From NCBI RefSeq assembly GCF_000237865.1, contig NC_017459.1, positions 1,560,001 to 1,592,000 of the forward strand: DNA of 32,000 nt, read 5' to 3'. The stretch's first letter is position 1. Each line of letters starts with the position of its first letter. The stretch is from Haloquadratum walsbyi C23. Lineage in GTDB: Archaea; Halobacteriota; Halobacteria; Halobacteriales; Haloferacaceae. Of the stretch, positions 26,926 to 32,000 are shown in pieces. The notes beneath the pieces were generated by a model, which worked only from the letters and a program-made list of their open reading frames with translations, ran no database searches and was not told the DNA's origin. The position numbers were made by a program, and so were the translations under genes.

Positions 26926-27723
26926 TTGCATATGGCAGGGCCGTCTCCGGCCGAGTTGCAACGTGCGGTCAATCAATTTCCAGCACCCCCTGATACTGAG
27001 CGGTTTGCTGAAGCAGATGCACTTCTTAATGGGACATATAGTGCAATAGCCGACGCATGGTACGATACACTTACCGAGTACGTTGAGGCGTACGAAGCAG
27101 GAACATGTCTTCGAGAAAACGTACTTGAACATGTTGAGTCAATTCCCTCGTTCCATCTCTCCGATGGTGCAGCACCGCTTCGAGAGCGAAAAGAGCGACT
27201 TGTTCATGCTGCAGAGAAGTCTGAAGCGGTGGCTGCGGTGAGTCAATGGTATCACCGAGTTCGATCGCTGCTTGAGGATACGCCACAAGAGTTGACATTT
27301 TTTGAGCGGATGCTTCACGACTTTGGATACGCACTCGCCCACGGACTCTTTCTCGGAGCACGTACGCCAGAAGCCGTTGCACGTCGACTCCGAGTTGCAT
27401 ATCAAGCTGTTGGAGTCCGTATCGATGAAACAATGCGTGATGGGGGTGCTGAACGTACCCGATTTACATGTCCATATCGAGATATCAGATCCGAGCAGTG
27501 TGGTGATCGCTGGGTCTGTCATGAAAAGCTGGACCGAGTTGATGATGGTTATGTAACATATCTGGGAGAGCGTGGAATCGACTATCAACGACCACGAGCA
27601 TGCAATAACGCAACACAGTGTCATTCAACCGTTGCTCGTGAAAGTCCAGAGCGAAAATGGCCGCATATGCCACCAACGACAGTCGCGACTACAATGGATA
27701 TCGAGACACCATTATTATCATAA
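26926..27723 (+). CDS. Hypothetical protein with a Cys-rich C-terminal half (possibly ATC-hydrolase-like fold)
   Basis: 265-aa ORF. The segment TRFTCPYRD...CGDRWVCHEKLDRVDDGYV...GIDYQRPRACNNATQCHS loosely matches the CP..//C..D//G...R...C pattern of the L-2-amino-thiazoline-4-carboxylate hydrolase family. This is a low-certainty recollection. Confidence 0.45.
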   Translation: MHMAGPSPAELQRAVNQFPAPPDTERFAEADALLNGTYSAIADAWYDTLTEYVEAYEAGTCLRENVLEHVESIPSFHLSDGAAPLRERKERLVHAAEKSEAVAAVSQWYHRVRSLLEDTPQELTFFERMLHDFGYALAHGLFLGARTPEAVARRLRVAYQAVGVRIDETMRDGGAERTRFTCPYRDIRSEQCGDRWVCHEKLDRVDDGYVTYLGERGIDYQRPRACNNATQCHSTVARESPERKWPHMPPTTVATTMDIETPLLS

Positions 27724-27948
27724 TACCTCGCACGCACTCATCATCATGAAACAGTCATATGTTGTTCGTTCCTCGCTTATCTGTACTCGACATATCGGTC
27801 TGTTCACCACATGCTATAGGGGCATAATATCAAACCCAATCAGATCATAGCTAAATCAATTCACCGAGTTATCCAACGATGAAAGATCAAATATGAATTC
27901 TGAGTGGTTGGGTTCAAGAGTTATATGCAGTAGAAATATCCTGACAGT

Positions 27949-28641
27949 GTGAGCGAACATAACACCTCTCGTCTTGAGCGTATCCGTGCGGACTATGGCA
28001 CATGGGCACCTGCATATGATTGGTTTGCGCGAGCAACAGCATCCATTGGTGGTATTCGAGCAGCGTGTGTCGACCAGCTTAATCTTGAGCCTGGAGCAAC
28101 AGTTGTCGAATTTGGCTGTGGACCAGGAGTAAACTTCCCAGCACTCCGAGCGGCTGTTGGTTCGACTGGGCGGGTTATTGGTATCGATGTGACAAAACCA
28201 ATGATTGACCGTGCTCGGTCATTGATTGCCCGCCGTGACTGGGATAATGTTGAAGTTATTTGCGCTGATGCAACAACTCCGCCGATTAACTCTGTTGACG
28301 CTGTCGTTGCGACGTTTGTGACGTCATTATTTGACAACCCACAGGTGGTTGTAAACGAGTGGTGTCACACTGCTGAGACAGTTGTAGTTGCAAACTTTGT
28401 TCCAGGCGAGAATGCGATTGCTAATGTTGGGCTTTGGGCATTCACACGATTAAATGCGCGACTGTTCGATCTTGCGAGTGATACCAATAATGCGCTTACG
28501 CAATTAGCAACACGAACAGCAGCATCAAGACATGCACTTGAAACACAAATGGATTCTATCGTGACGACACGGCATCTCTTTGGGACGATTGTTATTCACG
28601 CCGGGCGAGAAAGCACCAACGAAGCCCATGAGAAGCAATAA
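27949..28641 (+). CDS. Class I SAM-dependent methyltransferase
   Basis: Motif I VVEFGCGPGVN, post-I acidic GIDVT and motif II-like ICADA. GTG start. Confidence 0.75.
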   Translation: MSEHNTSRLERIRADYGTWAPAYDWFARATASIGGIRAACVDQLNLEPGATVVEFGCGPGVNFPALRAAVGSTGRVIGIDVTKPMIDRARSLIARRDWDNVEVICADATTPPINSVDAVVATFVTSLFDNPQVVVNEWCHTAETVVVANFVPGENAIANVGLWAFTRLNARLFDLASDTNNALTQLATRTAASRHALETQMDSIVTTRHLFGTIVIHAGRESTNEAHEKQ

Positions 28642-29282
28642 GTCTGCACTGTCTCTATCTCCCCTGAGTCAGTGGAAGAGGGCAGAATGGCTCAACTCAC
28701 ACCGCCCGTGGACACTGGCATCTCCATCACTCGATAGTATTATCAGCAATTTGATATCCTCTCGCGGCTTTAGACCTGTCTTTTACGCATAAATCGAGTC
28801 GCTGTCGAGATCGATGAATCCGATAAAAATCCTGATACTCACGGATGAAACACCTCTATGGAACAATCTTGTTGATCTCGTTTATCAGCATTCAGTAACC
28901 TCCCACCGTCGATATCCCCTACTTGAGTCGCTCCTCGCCTCGATCTTCTGATTACAGATTGGGTCCGAAAGTAGCTGAAACAGCCGTTTGAGACTCGGTG
29001 AACTTATAACTAAGAGACAGCCCTGAAGACTCGGGTCTTCTCCTTGTATTCTATAATCGCTAGCTCGCTGGATTCCACCGAATGCCGCACTCATCACAGG
29101 TAACACGAAACCGTTTCATTCGCCATTCATCAATATCGTTTTCATGTCCGTTTGGACAATTAAGCTCTACTCGCTTCGTCTGTCCAGTTGATTCGTCTAC
29201 CATCATAAATATATATTATAGATAACTCAGTATAATTGTTTTCCACCTCAAATATATTAATTGTCATATTGACATCCTCCTC

Positions 29283-29440
29283 GGCGTGAACACGGAGAAA
29301 TCCTGAGCGTGAGCGTGAGTGGTGGAGATTGCAGGTTTGCAGTCCCCCGAACCACAGCACGGTGAGAATCCGTTCGGGGTTCACGGACTGTGGCGAGTTG
29401 AGTGGGACTGCTGGGAGTGCCACATCTTAGCCCCTGGTAC
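29283..29440 (-). ncRNA. Candidate structured RNA / 5' leader (unclassified)
   Basis: A GC-rich island (71 of 120 nt G+C by hand count over 29281-29400) sits inside very AT-rich DNA. Several perfect complementary pairs are present: CGTGAAC 29285-29291 with GTTCACG 29379-29385; CCCCGAAC 29345-29352 with GTTCGGGG 29372-29379; CCACAG 29352-29357 with CTGTGG 29388-29393. The strand assignment rests only on the GGAGGA-7nt-ATG that follows on the minus strand. Confidence 0.25.
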
Positions 29441-29512
29441 TCCTCTCCTCGAATCTGTATAATAGCACAGAAAGCGAACGCGCTGTTTGCAGTATCTGAT
29501 TTATTTGAGATC

Positions 29513-30550
29513 TCACACAGTTTTTAATATGCCAGTGATACCGGCTGATTCGGCGATAATCCAGATGATGAATAATGTGTATGCGGCACCAAGAACATAT
29601 GACTCACGTTGTGTGAGTGTGAGGTCAGTTCGCAGGACAGTAAAGAGTAATACAGTTGCAAGTGTTAAAACTCCGAACATTGGTACAGCCGTTGCAAAGT
29701 TAACCGGAACCGTCCCGACAATCAACACGCCAACAGGAATGACAACAAGCAAATCGAATGTATTCGACCCTAAGACATTTCCAAGGCTTGTCGTCCCATC
29801 CCCACTTCGTGCCGCTCGGACACTCACAAGTGTGTCAGGTAAACTCGTCGCTGCGGCAATAATCGTCACACCAGCGAGAAACTCAGGGATCCCGATAATC
29901 GAACCAAGTCCCTCAACAGCCCCAACCATCTGTTCAATAGCAATCAAAATCGCAATTAATCCGGCGACCAACCGTCCCCATTCTCGTCCAACAGCGATTG
30001 AATCCGTTGATACGTCCTGCGTATAATCGCTCACTTCCTGCCATTGAATGAATAAATATAGTAAATACACAAATAACGGGATTACCGCAAGGGGACGAGT
30101 AATCATCCCGACAAGTTCTCCACGATTTGGTGCTGGAAGATAAATAACTGCAAGTGCAAACGTCACAATAAGCGCTGAAACAGCGATCATATAGAACTGG
30201 GCTTCTTTATACACAATATTTCGATTCGACTCAACACCTTGTTGTGCAAGTATCCCAGATAACGCGGGAATGACGAGGATATTGAATATTGCGGATCCAA
30301 CAATAGTGCCAATACCCATACTAAAGACACCTGCTGCAGCGGTGAATACAACGCTTGCAAACTCAGGAAAACTCGACCCAATCGCAACAACAACTGAACC
30401 CTGAACGACGGGTGGAAGCCCATAGTACGTTGAGAGACGTTCTGCTGCTCCTTCGAGCCATCCCGTCCCAATCCATACAAGTCCAGTCGCTACTAAGATG
30501 ACAATAATGAATACAGATGGTGTCTGTGGCACCACGCCTGCAAGAACCAT
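29513..30550 (-). CDS. Ca2+/cation antiporter (CaCA / YrbG-type sodium:calcium exchanger)
   Basis: 345-aa polytopic membrane protein with the two alpha-repeat signatures GSSFPEF and ATSLPDT. Confidence 0.85.
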   Translation of the reverse strand: MVLAGVVPQTPSVFIIVILVATGLVWIGTGWLEGAAERLSTYYGLPPVVQGSVVVAIGSSFPEFASVVFTAAAGVFSMGIGTIVGSAIFNILVIPALSGILAQQGVESNRNIVYKEAQFYMIAVSALIVTFALAVIYLPAPNRGELVGMITRPLAVIPLFVYLLYLFIQWQEVSDYTQDVSTDSIAVGREWGRLVAGLIAILIAIEQMVGAVEGLGSIIGIPEFLAGVTIIAAATSLPDTLVSVRAARSGDGTTSLGNVLGSNTFDLLVVIPVGVLIVGTVPVNFATAVPMFGVLTLATVLLFTVLRTDLTLTQRESYVLGAAYTLFIIWIIAESAGITGILKTV

Positions 30551-30739
30551 TATGATTCACCATGCAGACCTCCCTCCTGAATCTCCCGATTATATTATCT
30601 ATCCGAATCAACTCAAAATTATCTCTAAAATCGCCATCAGTCTGTGTTTGTGGAAATTAAATAATGATACGTAAGCAATAGTGTGATTCCATGAGCCGTT
30701 ATACAACAACTGATACGTGTGCGCTCACATATTATATAT

Positions 30740-31624
30740 ATGAAAATCCTCGTTGCAGGGGCGACCGGATTCGTTGGTCGTCGTTTAGTCCGTGCTCTTC
30801 ACGACCAGAATCACGACGTTGTTGCTTTTTCACGAAGCGCCAGTGAGGCTGGATTTCCTTCAGGTGTCGAGCCATTTGAGGGTGATTTTGGCGATCCTGC
30901 ATCGCTTGAGGGAATGTGTGATGATGTTGATGTTGCATATTATCTTATTCACTCATTGACCGCTGAGAATTTCGCTGAGCTTGATCGAACATACGCACGC
31001 CGATTTCGCCAGCGTGCATCGACAGCAGGCGTCGACCGTGTTATCTATCTGAGTGGAATCAGTGGCAATGAGCGGGATCTCTCACCACATCTTGCATCAC
31101 GACGAGAAGTTGAGGCTGTCTTAGAGGGAGGCGAGTATGAGTTGACAGTCCTTCGAGCAGCCGTCATTATTGGTCGCGGAAGTGCAAGTTTCCGAATTGT
31201 TGATGATCTTACAGATCGTCTTCCATTGATGGTGGTTCCGACATGGGTCCGCACTCCAGGAAATCCCATTGCTGTTGATGATGCAGTTAGGTATCTTGTG
31301 AGATTGCTCAGCGTACCGGAGACACGGGGGAAAATCTTCGATATTGGCGGTCCAAGTGTACTCTCATATGAAGAACTCCTTCGGATGACTGCAAACGTCA
31401 AAAACAAACGCGTATTGATTATTCCCGTTCCTGTGCTAACTCCCGAGTTGTCTTCACATTGGCTTCGACTTACGACCGATGTCCAATATCGCATTGCAAG
31501 ACCACTGGCGAAAAGCATGCGACATCCGGTGACAGTTGATGATGATCGGGATCTTCAAAATGTCGTTCCGATTGATCAGACCCCAATCAAGACTGCAATT
31601 AATCAGGCACTCACAGCAAACTAG
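30740..31624 (+). CDS. NAD(P)H-binding NmrA/epimerase-like protein (atypical SDR)
   Basis: N-terminal MKILVAGATGFVGRRLV Rossmann motif when the ATG at 30740 is used. About 294 aa. Confidence 0.7.
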   Translation: MKILVAGATGFVGRRLVRALHDQNHDVVAFSRSASEAGFPSGVEPFEGDFGDPASLEGMCDDVDVAYYLIHSLTAENFAELDRTYARRFRQRASTAGVDRVIYLSGISGNERDLSPHLASRREVEAVLEGGEYELTVLRAAVIIGRGSASFRIVDDLTDRLPLMVVPTWVRTPGNPIAVDDAVRYLVRLLSVPETRGKIFDIGGPSVLSYEELLRMTANVKNKRVLIIPVPVLTPELSSHWLRLTTDVQYRIARPLAKSMRHPVTVDDDRDLQNVVPIDQTPIKTAINQALTAN

Positions 31625-31736
31625 TCTGGGTTTCATTTTCAGCTCTGAAGAATAGTGTACTGTGGTGACGCAACTCAGATATTCCAGAAATGAACGGTGA
31701 GCACTTGTACTTGTGGATGTGACTTTACTATCTACT

Positions 31737-32000
31737 ATGCCGACTGTTACGGTTGGAACAACCACCATTGAGTGTGACCACGGGGCAATCCTTCGTGACG
31801 TGCTTCAACGATATGACCTTGGAATAGACCCACACAATGGCGCTGCATCAGTTATCAACTGTCGTGGTCATGGGACGTGTGGAACTTGCGCGGTCGAAAT
31901 ACGATCAAATAACCATCACAGGAAGGATACAGGAACATCGAATGAAACTATTACTTCCACCGATACTAACAATTCTGTCGAGATGACAGCCGACATCGAC
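31737..32000 (+). CDS. 2Fe-2S ferredoxin-like protein, 3'-truncated by the window end
   Basis: Not in the ORF track because it has no stop. My translation from the ATG at 31737 is open for 88 codons: MPTVTVGTTTIECDHGAILRDVLQRYDLGIDPHNGAASVINCRGHGTCGTCAVEI... This contains a CxxxxxCxxC cluster motif, followed by an N/T/S-rich tract. Confidence 0.5.
   Translation, partial: MPTVTVGTTTIECDHGAILRDVLQRYDLGIDPHNGAASVINCRGHGTCGTCAVEIRSNNHHRKDTGTSNETITSTDTNNSVEMTADID

Noticed and set aside
28885-29106. 73-aa minus-strand ORF in the methyltransferase/antiporter spacer
   Set aside because: It has non-acidic composition, no motif and no start context. It is probably noncoding or a decayed remnant.
29160-29423. 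Full 87-aa minus-strand ORF as a protein-coding gene
   Set aside because: The N-terminal 52 codons are basic and Pro/Ser/Arg-rich and coincide with the self-complementary GC-rich island. Only the distal 35 codons, preceded by GGAGGA, look conceivably translatable.

Overview
This looks like a haloarchaeal chromosomal segment. The evidence is strongly acidic predicted proteins, moderate G+C with long AT-rich spacers, and an ISH3-like insertion sequence. The composition is reminiscent of Haloquadratum, but that is inference only.

The first ~12.3 kb is a dense polyhydroxyalkanoate (PHA) neighbourhood. It holds the B12-binding subunit of methylmalonyl-CoA mutase plus its MeaB G-protein chaperone, and 3-hydroxybutyryl-CoA dehydrogenase. 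It also holds a cbiMNQO-type ECF cobalt transporter, a two-subunit archaeal beta-ketothiolase (thiolase plus DUF35 OB-fold protein) and a PhaB-like reductase. The core haloarchaeal pha locus completes it: phaR-phaP and phaE-phaC on the minus strand, and a divergent maoC dehydratase.

The remainder is mostly housekeeping or miscellaneous:
- a TIM-barrel sugar-phosphate isomerase and leuS;
- a complete 1509-bp IS with 17-bp terminal inverted repeats and an AATAT target duplication;
- msrA and a BBE-type FAD oxidase;
- ATP-dependent DNA ligase followed by a beta-CASP metallo-beta-lactamase nuclease;
- a rhomboid protease, a SAM methyltransferase, a CaCA antiporter and an NmrA-like protein;
- a 2Fe-2S ferredoxin-like ORF that runs off the window end.

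I found no rRNA or tRNA gene, CRISPR array, prophage or recognisable defence module. I cannot claim a new multi-gene system here.

The observations most worth follow-up are:
- a helix-hairpin-helix module fused to the C-terminus of PhaC;
- a perfect tandem 10-bp repeat plus palindrome in the phaR/maoC divergent promoter, a candidate PhaR operator;
- the unusually complete clustering of PHA genes with a B12/cobalt module;
- a GC-rich, highly self-complementary noncoding island at ~29.28-29.44 kb that abuts a Shine-Dalgarno-preceded 35-codon ORF.

All family assignments come from motif recognition by eye and need database confirmation.
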